Source: Schmidtea polychroa (lineage: Eukaryota). Taken from it: 64,000 nt of DNA. This document shows positions 13,460 through 28,400 of this stretch, in pieces; positions within the stretch are counted from its first letter, which is position 1; every line of letters begins with the position of its first letter. The DNA is taken from contig CM097888.1 of the NCBI GenBank assembly GCA_044892525.1, positions 77,314,001 to 77,378,000 on the forward strand, given 5' to 3'. The position numbers and the translations under genes were made by a program. The notes beneath the pieces were generated by a model, which made no database searches, was not told where the DNA came from, and saw only the letters and a program-made list of their open reading frames with translations.

Positions 13460-16400
13460 AATATTTTTATTGTTTATTGTGATCAATTGTAATCATTTGA
13501 TCACATTGGCATCAATTTGGAGACCCCAGTATTTTTACACGGCTTGGTTTTCCAAGAGGCTCTTCATTAAATTTTCATAATATTAGCAGAAATTGAATTT
13601 TTAATAAATATTTCGTGTATATTAAATTAAAGTAAGCGATATTTTTCAATGGACACCTCAAGCACCTTAGAACTAACTAGTAATGATATAGTCTAATACT
13701 ATGGATAGAAGACCTCAAACTATATTTTGAATACTGAAGTACTTGGAAATATCTGACTGAATTTCTAAACTTATGTTACAATATACTTGATGAATTTGAC
13801 CACAATGGCAAATTTAGTTGAGTTAGTTTTCATTTTATAAGCTGTAATTAGTATTAATCAGAATTAAATTACAATATAACGATTCGCATCCCCGAATTGA
13901 GTATGCCATAGTTTGAGAGGTAAATGTAATACCTGTCAAAATTGGTGATTTATTTTCCATATAAAAATGATCAGTGTTGTCAATAAATATATTTTAATTA
14001 ATTAGTATTTACCTAAATAGTCTAGAAACCCCCCCCCCATCTATTTGAAATTATTATATTCATCTTTAAAATTCCTTTCACTAGTTGTTTTTCACTACTT
14101 TTGCCTTCGGAAAATATTGATTTTTCAAATATTTATTTAAATTGTAATTAATTTGCACTCGAATTTTGGGTATTTAAATTTCTATTTGCACTCATTAATT
14201 ATATCAGTGTTTCTCAGACTTTTCTCTCTCGCGGCACACCTGCCCAAAAATCCAAATTTTTACAATTTTTTTGATTTTTCAATGATATATTAAAAAGCTA
14301 CATTTTAGTCAATACTAATTAAATATGGTTACGAGAGAATTTTATAAGGTAATAAAGACAATTCTTTGTAATTTTGATCCAGAGAAGCGACTTTTTCATA
14401 GTAAAAAGCTTGATATAGTTTTTGTAAATTTATTTTATTACTAACTTTTTTGGGAAAAAAAGTCTCGTGGCACATCTGGCTAAAACCTCGCGGCACACCG
14501 TTTGAGAAACACTGAACTATATCAATAAAAGTATTTAAACATATGTTTTTCACAAAAAAATTATTTTACTTTTTATTTTTGGATCATAAGACTTCAGAAA
14601 AGCATTGAACTAAAAAAGGATTATTAAGGAAGAAAAATTGAAGGGAGGAATAATAATTTCTTGATATTTTAGAAATTTGTCGTTTCTTTTTTAATGAAAT
14701 GTAATAAAAAACTAATGCGAATACTAGAAATAATAAAATATTGCAAACTAGATGAAATATGTGACATAAAAAGTTAAGCGGGACTAAAAGGGAAGTTGGC
14801 AGACGTCAATTGGCGATTGTGGAAATATATATTGAAAATGAGATCAAAGATTCCCATACAAATGCATTAATACAAATTAATCAGGACAACAATTTAATAG
14901 CTATACGAGATCAGTCAACCTAGTGCCATACAAAGTTGGTTGGCAATTGAATGAAGTCACGGATCACTAATTTATCAAATAAGAATAACTTTGATATAAT
15001 CTCAAAAGTTTCGTTAAGAGTTGAATTGAGGATTGCTTTTGAGAAATATCTTTTTTATGACGAAAAGAAATTTTCAATTGATTGTCATAATAAATTATAA
15101 ATTTTTTGGAAAATGTTTTCATTTATTAAATTATTTTTATTAAAGAATTCAATTTATTCAAAATATGGCAACTGTAATACTTGTAAGAAGAGTACTTTGA
15201 TGAAGACCTTCTCTATAGGCCTTCCAAGTAGTCTGAAAACATCAAAAATCTTTTAAAGAATTAGTGACAAATTTGACAGTTTTTTTAATACAATACTCAT
15301 TTTCTTTTATCTTAAACTTTTATCTTTCTTCCTAGAAAGACTACGTATAATAATCTACGTTACTTAAGACTACGTTATTAGTATAAACATGTACTATAAG
15401 AATATACGCTAATGTTGGGGTTGTATGGACTAGTGTAAAAATTAATTTAAAATGTGAAAAAGCGAAAATCAATATTTTTAAGGGCAAGGATATGAGAGAG
15501 GAGCAAATAAAAATATAAGTACAAATATAATAATTTTAAACCGTTGGTATTTTTCGGGCATAAAGCCTATTCAGTTCCATCGAGAACTTCTGAAATTGCC
15601 CAATTATCTTTCATGAAGGGATATATGTGTTTTCCCCAGTAATCAGAAGAGTCTTTTGGATTTCGTTCTTTGAACTTGTTGAACTTCATGATGGTTTTCA
15701 TATTTGAGTTCCAATAATATTTATAATAATAGTATCATCATATTTTTTAAGCCTTGCTTTTGTGCTTCATTAATCCGAAAAATGTTTGAATTACAAATTT
15801 CCACTTAGGGAACTAACTCTTTTTTAAATAGTTACTGATATCTTTCTTATCTTTATTATAGAAATGGGAAAAATATTGACATTAAATTAAATTTTGAATT
15901 AAATTTTGAATGCAAAAATTTTAAAAAATAATATAATAATTTAATTATAATTTTTTAAAAATAATTAAATGTTTTTATTAAATAAAAAAATTTTTTATAT
16001 ATAATTAATATTTTTGTTTAAAATCCTTAATTTAATTAGTTATTATATCCCACCTGATGATGACAGGAAAACTGTCGAAATATATCGTGAAAAGAATGTT
16101 TGATTGGCGTTATCTTATAATTAAATTATTGCCATGTATGTTTAACTATATATATATATATATATTATTTTTTGAATACGTCATGAAATATAGGTAAATA
16201 TTAATTACTCTCCTCTACCGACTCCATCATTTCGCATATCGAATTAGGTATACCTATTTTTACCCTTAAATCTAGTGTTAAATGAAAAAACACAAAAATC
16301 GTTAAATTAGTAATAAAAGTTTCCTCATTAAAATTATCTATTAAAGTTAGCTAGTTTAAAAAATGTTTGAGATATTTTTAGAAAGTGTTCTTTGACAGGT

Positions 16401-19400
16401 TAAAACAAATCAATATTGATAATAATTAATTAAATTATATTTTTTCATTAATTATCTCCAGTTTGCCTCATTATATTATTTTTAGCGCTAATTTTATCTA
16501 ATAAATTAGAGAATTTATCAACTGACTGAAGAAATATATTTGCTGACAAACTGAAAGTAGCAAATTTTTGAATGATTTATAAAAAATAAAAAATTCAAGA
16601 AAATGTCAATATACAATATGTTTAATATGCTCCTTGGAAAATTAGATTCATTGTAATTTATCTCATCTGCCTGTCACGCCCCTTAACAATGGTTTATTTT
16701 AAATAATTTAATGCTCTTCACTCAAGTGATTGAAAAATATATTTTTTGAAAACAACTATTATCCAAAATTTAAGAATCCATTTTAAAATAATATATTTGA
16801 TTATAACATTTTACTCATTTAAACAAATTATTCATTTGTTTGACAAGTTTGTAATTTATATAATATATACAATGTTTACGATGTATGAAAATGTCTCACT
16901 TTTTTATGTTGTTGTTTTATTAAATTATTTCATTAATATAATTTCTATATTACAAACGGTTAAACATGATAGAAAATTAATGCATTTTTCTCTCATAACA
17001 TTGAAATATTTTTCATTATTTAAATAATATAGACTAGTAGTTTTTCGAAACTTAAATTAATAAAAACTTATCTTCATTCAACAATGACTCAAGAACGGCT
17101 TGTAGGCTCGGCGACACTGTGAATTGAAGATGAAATAGCGTTGCTGACTTAACTAAACAAAAGGCTAGAAAACTTAAACTTTTTTAAATGTAAAAATGTA
17201 AGTAAAAGAAAAAAAGTTTTAAAAAAATTAATTATTGCTTTTAATATATATTTTAAATAATATATAAGTTCCTAATTTACAGGTATAGAATATAATATAG
17301 AACAGGTATATATATTTATAATCTTCTTGATATGTCTTAATTTGTTTTAAATATTGTTATTATTTAAATTATTGTTCATTTTAACATTTTTATTTAAAGT
17401 AAAATTCTTCGTTATTTTTTAACATCAAGCACTTTCAAACACAGAAAATTTCCATTGAGGTTGGAATAAGATATAAATAGAAATATAGATGACAAAATTA
17501 GTGAAATTAATTGTATGTTAAATTCTTTTATTGTGGTAGAAAAAAAGAAAATGGAAATATTCGTATGCTTGTGATTTATGGGATATTGGATACCAAAAGA
17601 GCAAGGATGATATTTCCAATTCTAGTGAATGTATTTTTTTACATTAGATTTTTTCTGTGGTTATGAGTTGCATTATTGAATAAACACTCTATTAATGTCT
17701 CCCATATTTCTCTCAGAAAAATGTGATTCAAATAAATTTTTCATTTAGAAACAAATGCAAGATCTGTTCGCTATAAAGCATAACAAAGATTCACTAAGAA
17801 CAACTTTTTAATTGAAAAATCCTTTTCGACTTGTGCGATAGTTGCAGTCAAAGTAGTTAGTAACTCTAAATTCTCTTAGTTATTTCCCTAACTTTTTATT
17901 TATAAAAAAAATAATTTAAAAGTATTTTTGACTTGAAAGACTGAAAACCGATTATATAAACCAGTCACATTTCCTTACTTTCATTAAACCGTGGCTTCAT
18001 AAAATGTTAATAAGTATAATTGTTTGTTTTATTAAGTCAAATTTATTAGTTAAGTCTTGAGAAGACATTTTTTAATGGTTTGAATTTGCAAGGAATGAAA
18101 ATAATGAATTCTATTACAGGGAATTTACTACAAAAATTGTGAAAATAAATAAAATAAAAGCTTATATATTAAAATAACTTCTTAACAGGAAAGACTTTAT
18201 TTTTCTATAAAGCCAGGTCCAGAAAGGGTAGAGAAGATAATTTGAATAATTGAATATTCACTCTAAATATTAAAGTTGTTTCTAATCATATAATATTTAT
18301 TTTCTGAACAATAAATGTAAATTTTCAGGTTTTATTGTTTGATGCATATCGCGGTCCATGGAAGACAGTAGATTTCTATCAATGTACAACATCCGATAGT
18401 CTGAATATACTCCAAATGTATGTTTACCCCCTTGTGTATTGTGTTTTAATACTCCTCATTCCTATTGGTATTCTAGTGACATGTTATACTGTCATAATTC
18501 ATACAATTAATGTTCGATCCAAGGAATACGGTATGATTTTGGCTATGAAAAGAGAAAAAAAACTATTAATATTAATTACAATAAGAAGTAGAATTAATTA
18601 TACGATAAAATAATCTTTTCAAGATTTATAAATTTAAAATTTTTTATAAAAATTTTTAATTTAAATGAAGTTTAAATTTAATTAATTGTACAATGTCTAA
18701 AAATAAATATATTAATATAGGAATTTTTGTATACTTTTCAATTTAAAAATAATAAATTATTGCATATCATTTTTGATTCAACATTTTATTATAANNNNNN
18801 NNNNNNNNNNNNNNNNNNNNNNNNNNNNNNNNNNNNNNNNNNNNNNNNNNNNNNNNNNNNNNNNNNNNNNNNNNNNNNNNNNNNNNNNNNNNNNNNNNNN
18901 NNNNNNNNNNNNNNNNNNNNNNNNNNNNNNNNNNNNNNNNNNNNNNNNNNNNNNNNNNNNNNNNNNNNNNNNNNNNNNNNNNNNNNNNNNNNNNNNNNNN
19001 NNNNNNNNNNNNNNNNNNNNNNNNNNNNNNNNNNNNNNNNNNNNNNNCATGAATAATGTCTCTTGTTTTAATTTATACCAACTTTTGCCAATTTTTTTTC
19101 AAAATATGCAAAATTTTCTCACAAAGCAAATACATGAAAATTCATAAATAATTTGTATAAATCTTTTCTGCAAGTTTTTTATAAAAAATGTTAATTATAC
19201 AGTAATCCTAATAATCATCAATGAAAATATATCTGTAAAAGCCAAAAATCGTATTTGTTCTTTCATTAAAAGATTTTCAAGGTAAAAAAATTTAAAAATA
19301 AATAATATATTTAGTTGTACTATTTTAACTAATAATATTCTTACATCATGATATTTTAATGTAATGTAATATAAACATTTAAAAGGATAAAATAATGCGT

Positions 19401-22400
19401 ACATTAAAACCTGTTCCTGTACATTATATCTTTAACTGGAATTTCTAGACATTATAAAGATTGCTACGATATATCATGAAATGTATATCTTTATAATTTG
19501 TGTTGAAATTCATTAAATTCACCGACCGCTTCTCACTCTTTTTCTCAGTGAATTCCGATTGATATTATCCCCGTTCAATGAGTTAATGATTGAATCACTA
19601 ATAAAATGTCTATTATCACACCTTATCGATTTTATCTTCTCTGTACTCACTAAAGTTTCTGGTGTATGCATTGGTATTAAAATTGGTTCATCAGAATTCG
19701 GAAGAACATCTGGATTCTAATCAGCATTATTCAAATATTTGGCTTTATCCATATTGCTATATCATATACAATAAACTGTATTGGCAAACACTAAAATTAT
19801 AAATAAATTATAAATTTATTATAGAAATAAAAATTAGGTTTGAAAAATTGAGCTAGGGATGAAAAAAATATCATTTTTCTGGTCCCTTGTGAGAGTTTAT
19901 AAACGCAATATATAATAAAATAAACAAATTTTATGTAGCTAGTTTAAATATTTTTTTTATTTTTTATTTTTATTTTCAAATCATATGCATGATAATTTGT
20001 ATTAATTAAAGATTTTTATATTTCATTATTTTATTCTAATATATCTAGGTTTATTAAATTTTTATATTTATAAATGAATATTTAATTTATATCTTCTAAA
20101 AATCTAAAATTCACTTTATAATATTGTTAAAGATTATTAAAACGGGATATTAAGATTTGTTTAAAATAAAACAAATTTATTTTTTTTCAGTTTCAATTAG
20201 TTATTTTTTTATATTATTTGGTTTAAGTTAGCAAATAAATCTTGACGATTTTATTTTCACGTTTTTTTCAATGAGTGGTATACAGCATTTTTACATAAAT
20301 GTTGAGTACTAATTGAAATTGTCGTAATTATGGAAAATTTTATTCTTGCATCGCTGATAATTATGAATCTTCAAAAAAATTAGCTTGATAATAATGTCAT
20401 ATGAACCGTCGAAATTTATTTCGTCTTCATTTTAACAGGAAATGCGTTATTTTTTATTTTATTTACGAATAAAATATCCATCGAAAATATGATACAAAAA
20501 CAAATAAATTGAAAGATGAACTATAAATAATATTTATGAAAAAAGATCAAATTTTTCTTTGACTAGTAGAAATGTCTTTGTAACAATTGTATTATTAATA
20601 TTTATAATATTTAATATTTATAATTAATATTTTTAATATTAATTAAATCACAACATCTAGTAACATTGATGATTTCTTGCATTAATGCAAATCTTTTCTT
20701 CTATAATGGAAGATGTGACCCAAAAGTAAAAAAGATCTTTAATTCAGTGTANNNNNNNNNNNNNNNNNNNNNNNNNNNNNNNNNNNNNNNNNNNNNNNNN
20801 NNNNNNNNNNNNNNNNNNNNNNNNNNNNNNNNNNNNNNNNNNNNNNNNNNNNNNNNNNNNNNNNNNNNNNNNNNNNNNNNNNNNNNNNNNNNNNNNNNNN
20901 NNNNNNNNNNNNNNNNNNNNNNNNNNNNNNNNNNNNNNNNNNNNNNNNTGTAATCTTGGCTTTTTAAAGTACTTTTAAATAATTTGATAAATTTAAAAAA
21001 ATGACGTAAATTTATTTTAAAATTTCAATCGAAAAATAATTTTACAAAAATTTGTTTTAAACTGAAATGAATCCATACAATTTTTAAAAAATCAAAAACA
21101 AAATTAACTAAAATTAAAACAATGCATTAAAATTGTTTTAAAAGTATCTTTTAAATCATCCAATAAAATTAATTAAAATGTTAAATAATTTATCTAAATA
21201 TCAAAAGAGTGATNNNNNNNNNNNNNNNNNNNNNNNNNNNNNNNNNNNNNNNNNNNNNNNNNNNNNNNNNNNNNNNNNNNNNNNNNNNNNNNNNNNNNNN
21301 NNNNNNNNNNNNNNNNNNNNNNNNNNNNNNNNNNNNNNNNNNNNNNNNNNNNNNNNNNNNNNNNNNNNNNNNNNNNNNNNNNNNNNNNNNNNNNNNNNNN
21401 NNNNNNNNNNNNNNNTTATTGTTTGGTTTTTAAGTTAGACTAAAAGGTTCTCTGATTATAGTGTGAGTTTCAGATTGACATTCAACCAAAAGATAATAAT
21501 AATAATAAAAGTAATAATAATTATAAAAATAAATAAAAAAAAATTAATATAAATTTAAAAATATATATTAAAATTAATTCATTTCATTTAAACATATAAT
21601 TTCTTACAAAATCACTTCATTAAAACTAAAATATTTAAATTAACTAATTCATTAGCATTTCATTAATCTTAAGCCAAATATCCCTCAAGGCCCTCTACTG
21701 GCATAAATAATAAAATATTTTGTATTATGTATTTTGAAATCAATAAAAAAATATCATTAAATAACTGGTGAAAAAAACACATTAAAAAACATATCTCTCA
21801 AATTAGTAAAATAATATCCGACTACTGAATTATTTTGCTTTATATAATATTTGAGAAAATCAAATTAATTAAAAATAATTAGAAATGCCATTGCTAGTTG
21901 ATTTGCATTAATTATTATCCTCTTTATTTTTCATGTTAATTATGAATAATTATAAAATGCTAAGTAAGAATAAATATTATTATTGTTTTAACAAGTAAAT
22001 TGAAAGATTAANNNNNNNNNNNNNNNNNNNNNNNNNNNNNNNNNNNNNNNNNNNNNNNNNNNNNNNNNNNNNNNNNNNNNNNNNNNNNNNNNNNNNNNNN
22101 NNNNNNNNNNNNNNNNNNNNNNNNNNNNNNNNNNNNNNNNNNNNNCAAGCATAAATCAAATGTTAGAGAATTAATAAATAACAAGATAAGTATTTACTGC
22201 AAATTTTAATAAGTGAGAATTTTTGATAATAAAATAATCTTTTCAATTTACATCTAAACTTTAATATATAATATTTTCTTTAAAATCTATTTTCTACATT
22301 TTATTGGATATGAAAATTTGTTTTTATCTATATAAATATTTCCAGATTTTTATACGGTTCAATAATAGACAAACCATAATTTTTTTATTTATTTAATATT

Positions 22401-25400
22401 AAAACTTTCTTCAGTCACAAATATTTTGTTACCAAATGATGAAGTTAATATTATACAAATAAATATTGTAAATACTGATAATACTGTAGCCACCTCGTAT
22501 AAAAAAATTAAATAATATGTCGAGATTTATTGTTGCTTGTAAAAAAATTAATAAGACGATAAGAAAAATTAAATTCTGCCCCACTTTTCTAAAACATCTC
22601 TTTTCTATATCTTCTAATTCGCAATCTTAAAAAATTAATATGATTTTAAAACTTTTGAATTTAGTGAAATAAAATGTATTATAGTGGAAAAGAATCTTTT
22701 TACTATATTAAATATTAATTGGAAAGAATTGGCTTTCCGTTTTAATATCCTGTTTGAAAATGACATTAGCTTGTTTGTGGCTGTTTGAGACACTGGGAAT
22801 TTATATGCGGCAAAGCAAATTGAAATGTAAGTTTTCTTGAAAGTTGGAAAAACCCTCGAGTAACCTTATGAATTTCCAAGTTTGTCGGTATTGCAAATTT
22901 ATAAATGTGAATTTCGAAAATGGAAACAAATTTATTTCACATTCTTTCCACGTGAAACGTAATGGAAAACACTTCTAGCTGCTATTTGTGCAATTGAAAT
23001 ACATTGATAATAAGCGAGACTATAAAAACAAATGTTGAAATTAGAGAGAACCAACGATAGACAGTAGCAAACGAACAACAGTATATGAGAAAATTGTTGA
23101 AATAAGACAAGTAGATGAAGATGACTGAAATTATGAAAAGTAGAAAAATTTCTACCAAATTATTTATTTATAAAACGATTTTTCTTTTCTTCTCTGACTT
23201 GTTTACTTTACTTCACTTATATTCATTGATTTGACAAGGCATGTTGAATATTATTAATTTTATAATATTAATATTAAATTACTCTAACTTCAAAACATCT
23301 CAAAAATAAAAATCCATTGTAGTGAATATCTAATGTTTTTTAGTTAAAGGTATAAGCTAGACACCTCCAAGGTGGTCGCGACCCATAAATTGGCAACCTA
23401 TGATATAAACAAATAAATTTAATTTATAATTAAATTAACCCCTTCAGACTTGATCTGCATAATTATGCACATCAACGTCATTATATTTTTAGAGAACTAA
23501 AATCAATATTTTTTATCACGCTTCGATTATTTAATGGTGGCAATATTTATAAGCATAATCTAAAATTTCTGTTAGCATGTATCAAGTTATTCCTGAGGTA
23601 CTCCATAATTAAATCATCATGGCTGAGCAATTTTCAAAAATATAAGGTTAGTATTATTTCATTTAATTTTTTACACAGAAAATGTAATTAAAATTAAAAT
23701 ATTTATATACATTAATGTAGATTTAGATCACGATTAATTAGCTGTGTTACTTTCCTAACTTATATTAAAAAATTTAAAAATACCATCAATTAAACAACTC
23801 TTTTTTTTAATAATAATTATAAGAATAAAATAAAAATAAATATTTTTGTTTTTCTTGCACCTAATTGAACCCAAATATATTAAAAAATATTTTTATCTCA
23901 AGCAAAAAAAAATCAGGTCTGAAGGGATTAAACCAGTGGTTCTCAATTAATATAAAAGCGCGGAACACCATTCGGAACACTGAAAAAAAATACTTGCCCA
24001 CAAAATTACTATAAATCTGTCGTAAACGTAAACAATGCCTTCTTATAAGCAAACAAAATACCACGCGCAACAATAACAAGCAATAAAAACACTTTTATAT
24101 TTATATGTTTATATATCTGTGTAACGGCTTTTTTATTGAATCATCTTATAAAATAATTAATTGAGGTTTTTGATGATATGTATCTTAAATGCAAATTTAA
24201 AGATAATTTTAATATTTTTTCGCGGAACACGGGTTGAGAACCACTGGATTAAACTGTAAANNNNNNNNNNNNNNNNNNNNNNNNNNNNNNNNNNNNNNNN
24301 NNNNNNNNNNNNNNNNNNNNNNNNNNNNNNNNNNNNNNNNNNNNNNNNNNNNNNNNNNNNNNNNNNNNNNNNNNNNNNNNNNNNNNNNNNNNNNNNNNNN
24401 NNNNNNNNNNNNNNNNNNNNNNNNNNNNNNNNNNNNNGATTGTATTAACGAAATTGTTGATCAAGAGAAATTAAACTTATTAAAGAGTGACATATGACAT
24501 AGATAAATAAATAACATACATATAGCAACATTGTAATATTTCTGCATTTCGATTGTTTTTATCATTATAATTTTTAATTATAATAATTTTAATAAATAAT
24601 TATGACTAAAAATAATTTATTTTTTATACTTTACTTTCTTTTTTTTATACTTTAACATAAATTTCATTCGATTTAGTTTGTTAGAAAATAGTGAAATAAT
24701 AACCTGTTCCTAATAAGGATTGTTTTCTGTTTTCCTCGTCCTAGCTTGTCGAAAACTTTCTTGAAACATGTTCTTTGTTTATTATCATTAAGGAGTTTAT
24801 TATGTCTTCCTAAACAATAAAATAGTCTTCATATCTTTCTCTAAGTTTACAAATAATCTAAAAATAATTTTTTACATTCAATATTCTTTTGCAATTTTCA
24901 TACAAATAACCCAACGTAACCATAATTTTTTATTTCTCCTTCATTTTCAATTTGGGAAAATTGTTCAATCAATATTTTTTCAATTTTTTCAATAATAAAA
25001 AAGGAAATAGAAACAGCTTCCTAATAGGTTTTTTTAAAAAAATATTTCCCATTTCTTTTTTTTTATTTTGCTCACCATAATTAACGCGAACAATTTGTAT
25101 TGAACTAGTTAATGAAAAAATGAACAATTACTTTTGTTTTTCAAGGATTTATTTCATTAAAACTAATCCATTTGAAATTAAGAGCAAAAAATAGATATTT
25201 AGGTAATTACTGAACATTTTCAACTACTATTCTACGTGAATAATGTAAATCTCCATTTCCTGGGGAAATTATAAAATCGAAATTATATAAGTATAATGAA
25301 ATGATCTCATTTTTTTATGTGGAAGAAAATTTTAATTTTTTAATATTTATGATTAATTTTTCAGATTTTTTGATTTGTTTTGTTTTTTGAGAAACGACAA

Positions 25401-28400
25401 TATGATCATAGATTATAAAGAAAATATTAAAAAGTAGTGATACATTATAAAACGAAATTAAAAATGTTTTTTTTATATTATAAAAACTGCAAAATTAAAA
25501 GAAAATAATATTTAACTAAAATTAATTAATTAGTTAAAACAAACGTAAAAAATATTTTTTTGTTTGTTTTAATTTTAAAATGTGTAAACTTCATCATAAA
25601 AGTCATTACAAATATTATTTACTAAAAATAATATTTAAAATCTTAATTTATTTAAAAACTTTATAATGCAGCAAAATAATATTTAGTTAAAATAAATAAA
25701 TTAATTAAAAAAATTGTATAAAAATTACAATAGCAATAATAACAAAAGAAATATTTACAATATATTCTCTTTTCTTTTTGTTATTCAATATTTATGATTT
25801 AATTTTAAAATGTGCAAACTTCATCATAAACGTCATTATAAATATTATTTATTATAAATAAACTTTAAAATCTTAATATAGTGAAAATAGAAAAAATGTT
25901 CTTATAATAAAATAATAAAGTCAATATTTGAATTTTCACTTTACTTACAGTGAGCAAAAATAGTATGGAAAAATGAGATAGAAATTTGTTTCTTCTGTTA
26001 TCACTTTATTTTGCGAATACCATGAATTACTCCCGTTAGTGCTTCTTGGTACAGGGAGGGGAAAAAAATTCCCAAAATTTTGAATCAAATAAGTATGGAA
26101 AATATTTTTTATTTTCTGTTGTATTGAATAAATACAGAATAAATACTGACTGAATGACAATGTCAACAAGAGTTTACATTAAGATAATAATTAATATTTT
26201 GTAGGATATCCACAAGCATCCAAAACTGCGTGACAACGGCGTGGCATTGAGTACACAAAGCACTCACAAATGCTAACAGGAATCTCAGACGAAATTTCCC
26301 GAAGTTTCTCATACAACTGATTCGCGTTCGAGAAATGTTGAGCTCCAATAGGTCTTCCCATCTCATCACAAAGATGTTCGATTGGATTAAGGTTCGGAGA
26401 TTGTAATGGCCATTTCAGGATATCGACCTTTTAATTCATGAACCACTCTTGTAGGACTTTTGAGGAATGCTTCGGATCGTTATCCTGTTGAAATCTTCAT
26501 TTATGAGGCATTCTTGCCCTGGCATATAGCAACGGTCTGTTCATGATACCGGTTATCTGTGTTAGTGGTCCCGTTCCAGATCTCGAGAAAGCTTCCTAAA
26601 CGAGAACATTACCAGCCAATGTGTTTTTTTTGCAATTCTTTGCCCATGAAGTCCGAAGCTCATCAGTCAGTTTCGAATAGTCTTGAATGGCTTTGGCAGT
26701 TATGAATGAGTTTTACTTGACCTCTTTCATGATAGTTCGATCCATACGTTCGTCTGTTTTGCAAGGTCTCCCATATTTTTTTACATCTTGAACACATTCA
26801 CAGTTTTGGTGTTCTTTGATAACTTTAGTCACAGTACTACGCTGCACTTCAAAAGCTTTCGCAATGTCAATTTTCTTCCTTCCACCATTAATATAAAGGC
26901 CTATTATTCTTTCTCGAATATTGACTGACAAATATTTTCTTGTAGATATGAGAAAAAAAAGTTCATTCGGAATAGAAATTAAATGATCAATGCTGCCTTT
27001 ATACTGTCGTAGAAAATTCCAGAAACACATGTGTAATTGATGCATTTAAACAAAATCATAGAAAGAAAGAATCATAGAAAGAAGAGATAATAAAAGAAAA
27101 TAGTTTCCTATAATGTACTAGAAGAAGAAGCACTAAAATTCCTAGAAGAGGAAAAAAATACAAATTTATTCGCTGAAACAGATTTTCAGTAAAAAAGATA
27201 ATTAGCGTCCGTAAAAAAGATATCAAAAAGACAGTTTTGAATTACATAGAACTATTGAAACTTTTCAGTGCAAATATTAATGCTGAGAATATATTTAACA
27301 ATATTTAAAAGTTAAAAAACACAAAGTTTCCGTAAATATGTTATTTATATCACAGTAGCTAGAATATAGTCACAATGCTTGCATCACTCATACAATTTGC
27401 AAAATTTAATTATTGTAAAATTGCAGTAAAAAGCATTTTATTTATTTTTCGCATTTTCTAGATGACTGGCATGATTGGATTTTAATTAATTTTATTTATT
27501 GATAATCGACTAAAAACCACTTTGTGGTCAATCTTAATGACAGCACCCGCTTAAAGCATTATCATAATATTTTACATCCCTCATATTTTTCATGGGGTAG
27601 TTTATAAATAATTGTTTGATTTCTAAGGAAGTAAATAATTATCTAATTTATAATCATTCTCAAAATTTTTAAAATTTAATTTTAACTTATGTTTTATTTT
27701 TCATCTGATATAACTCATTTTAAATAATTTCTTCGGGTCCTTTTGTTAATATTCAATAAAAATAATATTTTCTCAAACAAAAAATTTACACAAGTGCACA
27801 AATCAGCACCACTCTTACACGAAACAAAATGCAAAATATTACAAGATGCGTTCAAAAATTCATTGCAAAGATTAGCCGCTGAGACTCTTTAAATCAAAAA
27901 TCTTAAACCGTCCATCAACATTCAACTAAATTAATACTTAAATTAATATTTAATTAGATTTAAAATTTAAAATTAAAAAAATATTTAAAATATAAAAAAC
28001 GTTTTTTTTTATTAAAAAATTAAAAATTTAATTAAATTACAGAATTTAAAATTTTAAAAAAATAGGAAATATTTTTTGGGTAATTAAAATAAAATATAAA
28101 TAGAATATAATTAAACCAATAAATTTACGATAAAATACGAAATAAATTTATTATCCCCAAACAATAATTATTTAATGTAATAATGATCAAATTCACTTGA
28201 AAAAGGCAGTGCCAAAAATTCGTGAGTATCAACAAACAACTGATTTAAATATATATTTAAACAAATTCATTAAATAAAATATTGTTTATTAAATTATTTA
28301 TTAATTTATTTTTAAACAAAAATAAACTGATATAATTTGTGTTTGTTATTTGGTCATTTTTCTAACTTATTAATTTGAGATTCATAAAATATGAATATTT

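Noticed and set aside
15540-15800. Possible Penelope linker fragment near the 16051 hammerhead
   Set aside because: Only a vague YIP...L..Y.RK resemblance with many stops.
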